A stretch of DNA of 64,000 bases from the human T2T-CHM13v2.0 reference genome, Homo sapiens: the NCBI RefSeq assembly GCF_009914755.1, contig NC_060925.1; one strand, given 5' to 3'. The stretch's first letter is position 1, and the number at the start of each line of letters is the position of its first letter. Position numbers and translations under genes: made by a program. Below the pieces are notes generated by a model. That model saw nothing but the letters and a program-made list of their open reading frames with translations, made no database searches and was not told where the DNA came from. Shown piece after piece: positions 27,861-43,173 of the stretch.

Positions 27861-29389
27861 TTTTCATTAACAAGCTCGTGTAATTTTAGTTCAACTCAGT
27901 AAACATTTGGTGCATATGTAATATATGAAGCACCCTGCACTGTGTACTGAGGAGAATACAAAAATAAGTAGGAGACAGCCTTTTCCTCTACAGGGTATAT
28001 ATTTAAGTTTCTTGAGATCTAAGACTGAGCTTATTTTATGGCAATAAAAAGCCTGAATACACTTAATTTACAAATTAAACTCACAGTAATTATCTGTCAA
28101 AGATAAAGTATCTTCCTGATTCGGAGTGGGGTGGGAAAATGTATCGGTTAATTTTTCCTATTTTAATGAAACAGAAACATTTTTTGAAAAATAAAAATTC
28201 CTCTCTTCACCTCCCTTTTCTCCTTCCGCCACCACGTATATATTCCTTAACATGTGTTCACAAGACAGGGATGTGTGAAAATAGGGCTCTGTCTGTGTTA
28301 GCGGATGCCTTTCATGGGGTTAAAAAATATTCTACTGGCTTTTGTCACCTAATAGTACATTTCGTAAAAAGCATTGCTTAAATCTTTTAATAGCAGGCAA
28401 GTTCATTTTCACATAGAGGGAAATCCTTGTTTTAGTTCATTGCCTTTTTTTAATGTTCCTGTTTGGAAAACCATACTCTTAGCCTGCATTTGGTCAGACC
28501 TTTTAGAAAGGAAAAGTAGAAAACAGGAGATCAGCACAGGGTTTACAGACCAGAAATCTGCTTGGCAAAGGAGTTGCTGAAGACTGTGGCGTAGAAGCTG
28601 CAGAGAAAGTACCTTTATGATTGATTTCCATTCAAGTCAGACTGACTGCAGTGTGGTCATTTTTCTAACCCATAACTGCTCACACTGCAGCAGTCTGCTA
28701 TCTGCAGGGTGTCTGAATTATAGCAGTCTATGTTCGTGTTACCTCTTATACAAATTACTTACACTGGTTTCTTTTTCCATGCAAATTCATCAGTTTTACA
28801 GCCTCTCACAGCCACAGTCAGGAAACTCTGGCAGAGAGCACAAATTGATAAAATGAGTTAATTTTTACTATACTTATTTTTTTTCTTTCTAAAAGCCCTT
28901 TCTCATAGGCAGTGTTCAGGAAGCATATTACGGTAAAAGGGAGATAACAAAGGAGTTGAATTTTCTTGCCATAAATTACTTTCCAAGTTAATTCCCTTTA
29001 ACGATGATTCCAGATTTGCTTGAGTTTTCATAGCATTGTGCGTTTTACAACTGTGCCTTTGATAGAAAGAAGAACAAGTATTTTCCCATGTTCAGTCCCT
29101 TTGTGCCAGTGACATGAACTTTCTTACAAGATCTTTGCCACTGGAATGCAAAACAACACTAAATTGTGCTGGGTCCATAGAACTCTGTGCTGCTATTGGA
29201 CTTTTCCCCTCCCCCGGTCTTCAAATACAAGTTCCCAAAGTCTCACTGAGTGTTTTAGATCATGTAATCAGAAGAAAAATATCTCTCCATTTTTTCATAT
29301 TTGTAAGTTGGAAATTGAGTTGGGTTACTTATTGCCATTCTTTCATATTCCTCGGTGGCCATACAGATTTGAAGAAGGGACAATAATGG

Positions 29390-29520
29390 TCAGTCTCTGA
29401 AATGTAAGCCCCACAAGGGCAGGGGTTTTCTATATCTTGTCCACTGATGTTTCTCAAGCATCTGGAATGATGCCTGGCTCACTAAAAGTGCTCCATAAAT
29501 ATTGTTGAATTCCATTGAAT
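29390..29520 (+). mobile_element. L2 3' end
   Basis: aatgtaagccccacaagggcagggg...ataaatattgttgaat. Confidence 0.7.
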
Positions 29521-30323
29521 ACAGCCTCTCTGAGGATATGTACTATTAACCATAGGCTGGACAAACTAGTCATTTCGTTAATGCTCCCTGCTGACTTCCG
29601 TTGAACAAGTTGGAAACTTAGCACACTGTAATCTCTCAGGCAGAGTAGCTCAAAAATTTGTATAGAAATTTTTTCCATCATCCTCTCTTTCCAACAATGC
29701 AAGCCTGAGCAGCTTGTCTCTGGTGGATGGCAGAAGTTCAATAACCACAACCTTATCCAACTACTAATGTGTACAGAAGAGCAGGTCATTAAGAGGGTTG
29801 GCTACTAAAATAACCCCTTTCTTCCAGTAGCCTACATTACTGTAATGATTCCTTAATAGCAAACCATTTATTAAGAAATGACACAAAGACTACATTCTAC
29901 TTATGACAGGAAAGAGGCAGGGGTAGAGGATGAATGACTTGGAAGTAATATTTGAAGAGACCATTTCCAAAAGTTAACCTTTTGAGAAAAACTCCTCGAT
30001 AGAGCAAAATACTTCAGATTTGTTAATTACAATACTACTTAAGAAAATTGAGGAGCCTTCAACACAATTTATATGTATTTATAGAATTCTGAGTTTCATT
30101 TGGTATTGTTTAAAGTTTAGAGGGGGCAAATAGGGAGGGTAATTATTCACTCTTCTTAATTCAAAGCATATTTATTGATGATCAACTGTGTACACAAAAC
30201 TGGTCAAAGGGAGCTCTAGGACCTGTAGGATTAAAGTCATGTGTATCACCTCTGACTTCATGACCTGGGAGAGTTATTTAACCTCTTTGTGCCTCAGTTC
30301 CTTCCTGGTGGTATGGTGAGGAT

Positions 30324-30660
30324 CAGGATTCCCCAGTGCTCAGGCTGCAGACTAGTACCAGTCAGTGGCCTGTTAGGAACCGGACTGCACAGCAGGAGGG
30401 GAGTGGCGGGTGAGTGAGCATTGCTCCCTGAACTCTGCCTCCTGTCAGATCAGTGGTAGCATTAGATTCTCCTAGGAACGCAAACCCTATTGTGAACTGC
30501 ACGTGCGAAGGACCTGGGTTGCAGCCTCCTTATGAGAGTCTAATGCCTGATGATCTGAGGGGGAACAGTTTCACTCCGAAATCACCCCCCTACTCTGATT
30601 CATGGCAAAATTGTTTTCTATGAAACTGGTCTCTGGTGCCAAAAAGGTTGGGGACTTCTG
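30324..30660. mobile_element. MER1B-like hAT-Charlie non-autonomous DNA transposon, inserted in a MIR
   Basis: cag...ctg terminal repeats; gcctgttaggaaccgg and ggtgccaaaaaggttgggga; 8-bp TSD gtgaggat (30316-30323) / gtgaggag (30661-30668). Confidence 0.88.
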
Positions 30661-31559
30661 GTGAGGAGTAAGTGGGATGATGTGCTTAAAACCCTTAGCC
30701 CAACTTCTGGTTCATAAATGATGCCTAATAAATCGTGATGGTGATGGTGGCAGCAGTGGTTAGTGGTGGCAGTTCATTTTTGCCATAATTATTATTAGAA
30801 TTATGAGGCCCAAAGAGTTCCAGTGACTTAATCAAGTAAACAGGTGGTGATTGGCAGGATTGGGAATCTAGACAATCTCTCCCCGTCCTATACTAGCATT
30901 TTTTATGCCCCATGACATCTCTTTATAACCTTCAAAATGCATCTCAACCTAGATAGGGAGAAAATGTTACATATGAGACAAAGCATGATAAAGCCCAGAG
31001 TCAATTACAAATGGAGCAAAACTGGATTTCACAATAAATGGAACAGAAAGGCAGTGCTGTGCTTGGTCCAGTCCTACCTAACATCTCCACATTTGATTGG
31101 CAGCGGCTGCATCGTTTTTATAGCACAGCAGAAGGCAGTTAGTCTTTAACCTCAAAAACCCAATGTGATAACCTGGGCAGGCCAGAATTTATGTGACATT
31201 GGACAAATCATTTAACCTTCCACAACTTTTATTAGTTTCTTAATTTTCAAAAGAAGGACTTAATGCCATTATTAGTTAAAAAGTATACTGTGTTACATAC
31301 ATCTTATTGATATTTTATATTTGTTAGAAGAATATGATCATTTATTTATGCCCTTTCAAGTGCACAATTGGGAACAGGTCTTTGAGACCTGTTTGCTCTC
31401 CTGGAGGAGGTGTCAAATTTCCATTGTAAAAATTCTATTTTCTTTCCCAGCAGCAGAGTCTTGGCCTCCATTCCCTTCTGCTGGGACACTTGCATCAATC
31501 TTCTGATTTCCCCACCTCCAGAATCTTAGCCCCCTTCCATGCATTCTGAATATGGTTGC

Positions 31560-32291
<732 letters not shown>

Positions 32292-34376
32292 CACTTTGCT
32301 TCTTATCTCCAAACTTATGCACATACTTTGTCTATTGCCAAGAAAGCCTCTCCTGTGTCCTGTGCCTCTTTAAATCTGAACTATCCTCGAAGGCTCAGCT
32401 TAAGTGCCCACTCTTCCTGGAATCAAACCTTTTTCTGATCTCACAAGCCAATGGGATCCATGACTCCTTTGAACTTTCCTAGCACATTCTTTGCATTTTT
32501 TCCTATGAAATTTAGCATGTTCGGCATTGCATTAGATATTCAGGTATTATTTTAGTATTCCACTTAGGTTGTAAACCTTTTGGGGACAGAGACACTGTGT
32601 ATCTTTTTATCATTTCAAGTTTAAGACAAATACTATATGTGGGAGTCAGTGTGGCGCAGTAAGAAAAGCCCAGGTTTTGAGGTCAGTATCCTTACATTTT
32701 AACCCTGACTCTCTCTTTTTGTCTTTTTGTAATCGAGGACAAGTTATTTAATCTCACTTCAAGGCTTCGTTCTCCTCATCTAGCAAATGCACTTTGAGGT
32801 TTGAGAATGAAATTAAGTACAGTAAGTACAGTGCTTATCAAAACATGGCATCATGGGTGCTCCAAAAAGCCTGCCTAAAGCCCACCTCTTCAGTTCTTCA
32901 TGACCTGCCAAAAGCTCTTTCTGTTCTCCAGATTAGAGGTACTGAGAATACCCAACCCAATGCAAGGATACTTTGATAGGGACTGCTCCCCTCAAGTGTG
33001 AAGCTTTCTCTTTGGCTGTGACAGTGTCACTGAGTCAGAATCCAACCCAATAAGCCAACTGTCCATGTGATTCATACCTACAGGCAGTTGCAGGGGGATG
33101 TTCCTTTATAAGACTCTTGAAGAAGGCAGAGTTTGGGTCTGTGAATTACTAGGATTATTTAACTCAGGGTGTGAAACCCATTCTCATTTCAGAAACTTAG
33201 TGATGTTTTAAAATTCAAGACACACATAACCAGTTTGCCAAGCTCTCAAGTTACTCATCAGAAGTCTGATAGACACTTTCGGGACGTGCCAGGCCACCTG
33301 GTGCCATTTGCCACATTACAATTCCAGTGTACTTAAGTGGTTCACAGGAAGTATATATATGACCAAGCTAAGCCCGTTTATGTGGGCTTAATTATTTTTT
33401 AACATCTGGAAGGTGGGCACACCATGTTTACACAGGCTTTTCTTTTTCTTCCCCTATTCTGGCTCTCTTGACATTTAAAAAAGATAAGGCAAAAGACATT
33501 TTTCTAGGATAGATAAAGTATTAAATTTAAGTGCAGCTGGATGTTCACCACGAGCTAGGAGGCCTCTTCTTCTCTCCGTCTGATCAAGTCCCTCACATTC
33601 ACACTTTGCTCTGTGTTCCTCTCCTTCCAAGAGCGAGGGAGTGAGGGCCAGACAGTGTCCGCCATGCTCAGGAATGAAACGGCTTCTCCACCCAGTTGAG
33701 ACCTCATCTCCCTTCTGACATTTGTGAAAAACATCTAAATCCAGAGCTATGACACTGATCAGCCTTATAACCCTTCTTTGGTTAATGAGAGGTGTGAATC
33801 TCTAATCTCCAGGAAGGCACAAAGCATTAAGTACCTACTGTATGTCAGCTTGCTGGGAGTGAGGATGAGTGATCTAGGCTCATATTTGACTAATCTCCCC
33901 CACCCTTCCTCCATAGCCTATTTCATACATAAAGATTACCTAATAAAAGAGGAAATTATGCAAATAAATTTAATATAAAAAGCAAATTAGGGAATGACTA
34001 TCAGAATTATTAATTAGAACCCTGTTTACACTTATTGTCAAGCCTCACCGTTTTTTTTTAAACGAAAGGCCCTTAGAGCCTGTTACTGAGAGATGTGTTT
34101 GAATTTCAGAAAGTAGATGTGAATTTCAGTCTTCCATTTTTTTTAGCAGTGACTGTTTTTGTATATTGACAGTTGTGATTAAGGTTTATTCATTGGTATT
34201 AATCAAATAACTAAGTATTTATTCTTAGAAATTGTTTTATTTCCTCATACCGTCCCTCGATTCCATAGTTCCATTATGGCACCTCAGTTCACCTGGTTTC
34301 CCAAGTGCTAATCGTGGGAGTTATCCCATACTCCCCTGTTCCCATTATTACGATAGTCAAGAAGTCAGCATGTCTT

Positions 34377-34730
<354 letters not shown>

Positions 34731-35165
34731 TGATTCTAACTCCTGAATAACTTACATCAGGCTCCTCCTTTCCATCCTTTGAGTTTAGTCCCCATCCCCA
34801 CTATACCTTGCATAAATGCCCCAGTGGACTCTCTGGTTTGCCTATTATATTCTTCAGGCGCCCCCCACCCTTTCACCTCCATGCCTACCCTCATGACAGA
34901 CTGATCTTTCTAGGTGATAAATGCAAATTTGATGATAGCATTCCCATACTTTGCTGGTCCTTCTTTGACTATTGAATACAACTCAATGCAGCAACCCATT
35001 CCATTGACCAGTGTTTACTGACTGCCTCCTGGTGTCAGGGACTATATTAGATGCTGACAGTATAATCCCCAGTTATAGTGGGGTGAGGTAGATGCTTTAA
35101 TAGCTTATAAACTTGGGAATCTGCTGAATTCAAATTTATGTTCCTTAAATAAACCTGCCAGATCC

Positions 35166-35475
35166 CACCGGGCACATGTTGGCTCATGCTTGTAATCCCA
35201 GTGCTTTGGGAGGCAAAGGCAGGAGGATCGCTTTAGACTGGAAGTTCAATACCAGCCTGGGCATTATGGTAAGGACCCATCTCTACAAAAGAAATTTTTA
35301 AAAAATTAGCCGGGTGTGGCGTAGCATACCTGTGGTCCCAGCTATTCCGGAGGCTGAGGCGGGAAGATTGCTTGAGCCCAGGAGCTGGAGGCTACAGTAA
35401 GCTATGATCACACCTCTGCATCTGCACTTAGCCTGTGTGGCAAAGTGAGCTCTTGTCTCTAAAACAAAGAAAGAA
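35166..35475 (+). mobile_element. AluJ
   Basis: gattgcttgagcccaggag, gctatgatc; perfect TSD aaacctgccagatcc at 35151-35165 and 35476-35490. Confidence 0.9.
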
Positions 35476-35763
35476 AAACCTGCCAGATCCTTCATAACCT
35501 GACCTTAACCATCCTTCCTCTTTCCCGTGTATTCTACACTATGTCATCATACCAAGCTATCAGAAATCCAGTAAACATTTTCTGCTCTCTTGATGCTGTT
35601 TCCTCTACCTAGAAGTCCTCCATCCCTTTCAGTTGCATAATTCCTCCTTTCCTTTTAACATTGTTTCCAGGCTTCACGTTTTCTGAGGCCATTCCCTTGA
35701 ACTTCTTATCCCCAGGTTGGGTTAGATAACCCACTTCTTTGCAGCCACTTCAATTTAGGAATG

Positions 35764-36027
35764 CAGATGGTCCCCAATTTACAATGATTCCACTTAAAAT
35801 TTTCAGCTTTACGATGGTGGGAAAGTGACATGTGTTCAGTAGAAGTCATACTTCAAGTAGCCATACACTTATTCTGTTTTTCACTTTCAGTACAATATTC
35901 AATCAGTTACATGAGATATTCAACACTTTATTATAAAATAGGCATATTAAGTGCATTTTAAGCTGATGATATTTTTAACTTATGATGAGTTTATCAGGAC
36001 ATAGCCTCATTGTAAGTTGAGCACCTG
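35764..36027 (-). mobile_element. MER47A-like TcMar-Tigger element, internally deleted
   Basis: cagatggtcccc start, ...cacctg|ta end; ttcactttcagtac...acatgagatattcaacactttattataaaataggc core. Confidence 0.75.
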
Positions 36028-36538
36028 TAGCTCTATCAGATGACTTCGCAGACTTTTAAAAAATTAATCTGTCAGACTTTCTTTTCCGTTTAAGGGTAGG
36101 GACCATGTCTTTCATCTAAGTGCCTTCCTCACTCATCATAGTTCTTGGCAGTAGCAGGCTCTCAGTAAGCATTCATTGGATGTACAAATGTCCCTGGTTC
36201 ATGATAACCCTTATTGTTATTTCTTCTGATGGATACTAACCTGTAATTTATTTATTCCAGTATCAAATCATGTGGGCTTAGCTCTCAAACCAGTGCCTCA
36301 GTACAGTATCTATTGTTCCTGCTTTGACATAACCTTTCAAAAAGATTATTTGCACTAATAATTTACACCACTAATTTTACGGAGTTGTTTTATAGAATTG
36401 GTACTTGTTATTTGTCCATTGGAAAACATGTATTAAACTACTGTCAAAAAGGTATCTAAAGATTCAAAGACAGAAAATGCAAGGAATCAGTCTCACACAA
36501 GGGTCATTTCTGAAAATCACAAATAATCAAAATTAAAT

Positions 36539-36722
36539 CAAAGGTCAGAAAATTATTTTATAAGAGGCCAGCTAATAAATATGTTAGGCTTTGTGGGCCA
36601 TATGGTCTCTGTTGCAGCTACTCGTCTCTGATGGTGTAATGTGGCAGCAGTCATAGACAATATAGAAATGAAAGGCCATGGCTATGCTCCCGTAAAACTT
36701 TATTCATAAAAACTATGGGCCT
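36539..36722. mobile_element. MER58A-like hAT element
   Basis: ggccagctaataaatatgttaggctttgtgggccatatggtctctgttgcagctactc. Confidence 0.8.
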
Positions 36723-37243
36723 GCCTTAAATTACAAGGTTGGACAAATATTCAGTTAAGGTGTATGCAAGATGGAGAGGTGATTCAGAGTAAAGAGAAAC
36801 CACACATTTCATGTTATAAGAAACTGGGAATGGACAGCTTAGAAAGATGACTTTGTTCTCACCAAAGTTCAAAACAGAATTCCAAAATACAGATGAGTAG
36901 AAGCTATCAGGATCAGATAAAGTTAGAAAAGTCTAAAGAGTGTTTTGGCTGGTCATTCCAGAAAAGTGTAAGACCAAAATGTGGGGAAGTATTTTTGTTA
37001 AAAGCATCCAAGAATGTTGCAACCTTGGTGACAATTTACTATTACATAAAGAGAAAAGATGAAAAATATATTAGAAAAAATATGCCTTTCCTGTATAGAC
37101 TATTTTTAGTCAATATTCCTTTGGAGTCATAGTTTATTACTGATTATTTTCGATTCGCTTACATATAAATGCAAAAAGAAAATGTGCTAAATGCAACACT
37201 GAGGATGCTGTCATTGATTTTTTTATCCACAGAATTTAACTGA

Positions 37244-37387
<144 letters not shown>

Positions 37388-37575
37388 TAATTTTATTGGC
37401 AGCTCTTGAAGAAATTATGCTACATGGTTGCACACCTTGATTTTAACTCTGGGCCCACTATGGATTTAGCAATGCGCCTTTAGTAATAGAAGATAACAAA
37501 GTAGTGGGTTCAGCCCCAAAAGACTGTTGGTCTCGTTGGGGAGATAAAGCAAATATGCATGTGGCAAGGTTAAAT

Positions 37576-37576
<1 letters not shown>

Positions 37577-37608
<32 letters not shown>

Positions 37609-37611
37609 CAC
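37577..37611. repeat. (CA)n microsatellite about 190 bp downstream of exon 5
   Basis: Direct read. Confidence 0.92.
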
Positions 37612-39254
37612 TAAAAAACTGTGAACTAAATTGTGTGACACAGGCTAAAAATAGTTAAAGAGAGCTTTATGCAAAAAGAATACCTTGTTTCCAGCTCTAA
37701 ATGTTGGTTAGGGTTGGTGAGATAGAAAGGAAAAGGAATGGAATTCTGGGTGGGGTGAAAAATGAGCAAAGGCTTGGAGGAAGGATGGATGATGAACATA
37801 ACATGTTCTCAGGAAATGAAGGACAAGGCTGGACTGCAGCAAAGGGCATATGTTTTGGCTTGTTTGGCAGGAAGTGAACACTGGTGACAGTCTCAGTGTC
37901 ATGCCCACAGCAGACATTACAGCTCAGTGCCAGCTCTTTTCCCACCGAGCCCCCAAAGCTCTCAATATCCAGTTTACTGGAGTTGCCCTAAAAGGTGAAA
38001 CCCATTTGATATCCTGGTGTGAGGTTATACAAATGGAAGTAGTCACTTGCATAACCTCAAGTGAGGGTGGGGCCAGACCACAGACCCCATTGTATTGAGA
38101 GACCTTAAAAACAGTAAAGCTAGAGTAGTGTAACCTGATAATGATTCTGGGGTTCTTGCTCCCTTTAACGTCACAAAGCCAAAATCAAAATGAAGCATTT
38201 TTGCAAGATCGTGTTGTCTCTATATAACCTGTACCAGAGGGAAAGGGATTAGGCATTAAACCCACAGTATTCTTTTACAAATTGGCTTTAGCACTGGACT
38301 GTGACAACAAAGAATAGAATGGTACAGAACGATCTTTAATGTTTGTGTACTTTGCAGAAAAATGTCTGACAAAGGTATATTCCTCCTAAAGCAAGTACCT
38401 GAGTCTTATGATTTAAAACAATGCCCAAATTATAGAACTTTTCCTTGGTGCACACTCATTCTTACCTTGCCTTTATATATTTTAAACATCACTACTTTAA
38501 AAAAAAGATCAACTTAGTCATCCCTAATACCTTGAAGACAGTTAAAGAAACAGGTATTCCCTTAATATAACTATCAAATCCTACCATCATCTTTCATGTT
38601 GTTTAAATGTTCCCTTTAGTTCCCTGTAGTATCAGCTCCTCAGGGGGACAAAAAAGTCACACATCCAAAGTATATTTATAATAGAAGAAAGAGATTGTGA
38701 ATATATTTGGGTGTTCATACATTTTGAGGATTTTGAATGTTTGCTGATGGGAGAGACCTTGTGTGTAACTGTACTCAGTCAACATGAAAAAGCTTTGCAA
38801 ATACCTGTGGGCAGTGATTAATTTAAAAGTTTATGGGCTGTTTGTTTTTCATGTGTGTGCTGTATGTGTACCATGTACCTCCCAAACAGTGTTTCCCCCT
38901 TTTTATGTTTTCACACAATTCTCCAGCTATGTTTTATTATCTTTTGTGACTCTCTGAGAGGAAAGCTCATTATGAATGTCATTTAAAAGGCCAGTGTCGT
39001 TCTCATATTCTGCAAATAACTAACCCTGATAAGGAGCTAATTATAACCTGCATCAGTAGTTAATAACCCGGTAATATGTTTGTTTTACTCTCATTAGGCT
39101 CTTCCTAGGATGATTTTTAAAATTCTTTAAATACATAGATTCAGCAGAATTAACGATGTACAGGTTAGAAAGTGTGCCCAGAAGAATATCTCAGATTTAT
39201 ATATAGAAATGTTCACCGATCAATATGTCTTCCTGCTGTGCCAATATTAATGGG

Positions 39255-39475
39255 TCATTTTCTCTGTGGCAGGCACCATATTAGGTGAGTTGTATACCTG
39301 TTCTGATTTATTCTTCACAATAATTTGACAACACACACAGTGTTTTCATTTAAACAGTGGAGCAACACAAAGCTCAGAGAAGTTAAGTAACTTGCCCAAA
39401 GTCACAGTCCTAGTGAATAGAGGAGTCTCCATTCACACTCAGGTCTGTTGGAACTTTAAAAATATGCTCTTTTCA
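39255..39475 (-). mobile_element. MIR
   Basis: gctcagagaagttaagtaacttgcccaaagtcacag. Confidence 0.75.
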
Positions 39476-40406
39476 CACAGAATCCTCTTGAGAATAGGAC
39501 TGACTCTTTTAGTAAGGAACAACAGAATATGAGGTCCTAAAAAAGGAGTTTCTAGCATCTCTATTCCTCCCTGGCATTTAGTGTTTGCCGTCTTGAGTTA
39601 TTCTTAACCATCTTTGAGGCCAACACGTGTGCAGCCTCCCCATCTAGACAGTGAGTCCCTTGAACGACAGCGTCTAGCTCTTCCCATTCAGCAGCGAACG
39701 TTATTAGTAAGAAACAAGGACACCGTCCTTGGCACCATGGGTGTAAAGTCAAATAAGAGGGGCTTTACAATCTAGTGGTAGAGACTGAGAAGTGGGAATT
39801 TTCAGTTCAGGGTCCTATGAACACTCAGGATCCTAAGTTAAGGCATTTTGCAGTCTTAGGAATGCTAAGTAAGACTTCTAGGCCGTAATTACACAGAGTA
39901 GGAATTAAGATATTTGGAATTAGGGTAATACTTTTACCTTATTTTTTAGATATAATTGCTAGAAATACAAGAAAAAATTCCACATACAAGAAGAAATAGT
40001 GCATCACTCCTTAGGAGAATATTCATCCTTTTCGTGTAGATCTTACAGATACTTTCCTGCTTCCCTCAAGTGTTTCTGGGAAAATGAGTGTGTTAGAAAG
40101 AGCAAGAAACCAAAATCAATGACTGATTCATTTCAATAGATAGATAGGTAGGTAGATAATGTGATGCAATGGTACTGACTGTAAGTTCTGTACCCCTTCA
40201 GGGTAAACATCTTCAAAATCATAGAAAGAGCAGTGTAAAAATTGGGATACGATACATTTTTTATTCCAAAAAACTTTATCAAGATAAACCAGCTGTCAAA
40301 AGTTTGTGAAGTCAGAGTAAAGTTGTCTCGGAAGCCTCCACCTGTGCTTCCTAACTTGCTTCATTCCTGATCTTTTTATCTTTTCCATGCTCCCTCCAGA
40401 TGTTAA

Positions 40407-40706
40407 TTTTTTTTTTCTCCAATAGAGACAGAGTCTCTTTCTATTACCCAAGGTGAGTGCAGTGATCATAATTCACTGCAACCTCGAAGTCCCGAGCTCA
40501 AGCAATTCTCCTGCCTCAGCCTTTGAAGTAGCTAGGACTGTAGGCATCTGCCACCACACGCGGCTGATTTAAAAAATATTTTTTTTGTAAAGACAAGGTC
40601 TCGCTATGTTGCCCACGGTGGTCTCTGAACTCCTGGCTTCAAGTGATCCTCCTGCCTTGGCCTCCCAAAGTGTTGGAATTATAGGTGTGAGCCACCATGC
40701 CCAGCC
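40407..40706 (-). mobile_element. AluJ
   Basis: ggtctcgctatgttgccc and ctcctggcttcaagtgatcctcc. Confidence 0.88.
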
Positions 40707-43173
40707 CTCTTTTGTCAACTTCTGAAAATCCTTGCTTTCAAACTAAGGCATCAACCGATAGCTATAGAATCTTTCAACTCTAGGATTTAATACTGGCTTG
40801 GGGTATTTGCATTTTATTAGAGGATGCCAAGGAAATCAAAACCTTTAAAAACTCAGAAAAGTATCAATAATGGGAGAATGATGGACAATGGAGTTGGCCT
40901 TTGGGGCTAGATCTAACTGAATTATACTTGGATGAATCCATGTCACATGTATTTGTATGGCTGTTTCTAAGTCAGTAGCCCAATTCAGCAGTTTTTTAGT
41001 ATCTTCTGTTAGCCAGACACTGTGGTAGGCACTAGAGATTAAAAAGTATATAGTCATTTTCCCTGAAGATCTTACAGCCCCATCAGAACATATAGGCTTC
41101 TCATTTTATTTGCCAGAGTACTTCAGGGAAATGTTTATTTTTTTCTAACATGTATTCTTTCTGTTTCCAAGATGATTTCCAGTGGCTTTCCATTTTAAAA
41201 CAACAGGTAATATTAAATGTAGAAAGAGGCCAGAAACCATGTGGAAAAAAATTGTTATAGCAGGAGCCTGAACCAAGAGTTATGCCTTAAGTTTAGCCCT
41301 GAGCTTCCTGGTTGCCAAGGCAAAAAGGGTTATATAGTTTGCATTTCTAATAAAAGGATACAAGATAAATTTGTTCAAAGAGACCATATTTTTCTGATTA
41401 TGTTTTGTAAGGAATTCGCTGTGTATATCCTCTTATAAAGGACTCCCATTAGATGTAGTTTTACATAAAATATAGAAAAGTTCTTCAGTGGCTATTTTTC
41501 ATTGAACTTTCAAGGAAAGCCCAGCAAAGAACATTAAATAAGCATTAAAGGCATTTCCTTTGAGTACTAAGCTAGCATGGCACAGTTATGTTGCTTTCCT
41601 GTGGTCTGGCTTTAATGAGAATAGAACTTAATGGCTAAGAATACTGGAATGCCAACATTAATAATTAGAATTTCTTGCCATAAATTGGCCCTCCACATTT
41701 TTTCATTCAGATTGCTGCAATAGCTTAACTGTCTCCCTGCCCTAGGCTCCATTTTCCTGTTTTCCCCTTTGCCTTTCTAAATCTATCATCTGCACAATTA
41801 CCAAAGTAACTTTTCTAAAATATAACTCCCCTGTCATTCCCTGTTTAGATTATTTCGGGGAGTCTACATTGCTTATAGGAGAAAGTCCAGACGTGCAATA
41901 TCTTCTATAACCTCCACCCTTCTCACTCGCTGTGCCCCTTCTTCCCCACCTCAGCCATCCTAAACAGCTGGCAGTTCTCTGAACATATCACACTTCACTC
42001 ACAATGTGGCTTCTTCCTGATAGGCTCCTCCCTTCTGGGGGTTATGTTCGAAATATCTGATAACCTGTGTGACATGAGCATACCAATTAGAACAGACACT
42101 GCCCTGCTTGCAGGGCTTTCTTTGGCTAGGTCCTGGAATGCTCCTGATCTGCAAGACATTAACCCTTTAGATTTCGGACTGTGAGGGTGTCTGGGACAAA
42201 GAAGGGGAGGCAAGGTTGGAAGAAATGTATGGAGTTTAAGACAATGACAGTTTGCCCATTGATAATATTTTTAATACCAAATGGCTGCCTGAGTGGTACA
42301 TCAGCTGTATAGCAGCCCTGCCTCTGCCCTTTCCTTCATTCTTCCCTGTCTCCTTGACCCTCTTGAAGATAGCTCAGGAGCCATTTCCTCCAGGAAGCCT
42401 TTCCCGAACCCCTGGCTCATCACTGTCTCCATTGTGTAACCCACTGTACCTTGTGTGTGGTTCCATCATAACTCCTATATTTCTCTTTTGCACAGTTTTG
42501 TTTGCCTCTCTGTCTCCATGTCTGACTCATCTCTATATCCCAGCACTTTGCACAGCACCTGGCATGTAGGATGCGCACAGTAGGTATTTCATGAATGAAA
42601 CATACGAAAAATTCTGTCCCCTGAAACGTGAAGAAGAGATTTCCCAACACGCACTCCCAGTAGATATGAAATCTACTCATCCTAATAATATGGGTAGATT
42701 TGACAGTTTTATCACCCCTGCAAACTTCCTGATTCTGTGGCATTCAATTAAAACAACTACAGCAAGCATAGCAGCAGGCGGCATTTCACTACGTTTTCAC
42801 TCCTGAAGCCTCAAACTGGGGAGAATATTCAGTCCTTCAACTGGAAAAAATGAGATATATTCTGGAAGTTTCTTGACCGTACCTCTCCAAAAAATGAAAA
42901 TCCCTACCCTGATGGAATAAAACTTTGTTTTGATAATCTTTGCATAGAGAAAGCACATAAAAGTCATTGGGCCACTCTTTTTTTATGTCTCTTGTTCTCA
43001 GGGGACAGAGCACTCCTTCTTCCTTCCTTTTTATTTGTTTTGTTCACTGATTTATTTCTAGTGTTTAGAGCAGGACCTGGACTAGCTGTGCAGTAAATGT
43101 TTTTTTGAATGAACAACTCCAAGTGGAAGATGGGAAAATGTGGCAAAAGAAAAAAAAGCAATCCAAACTTTTC

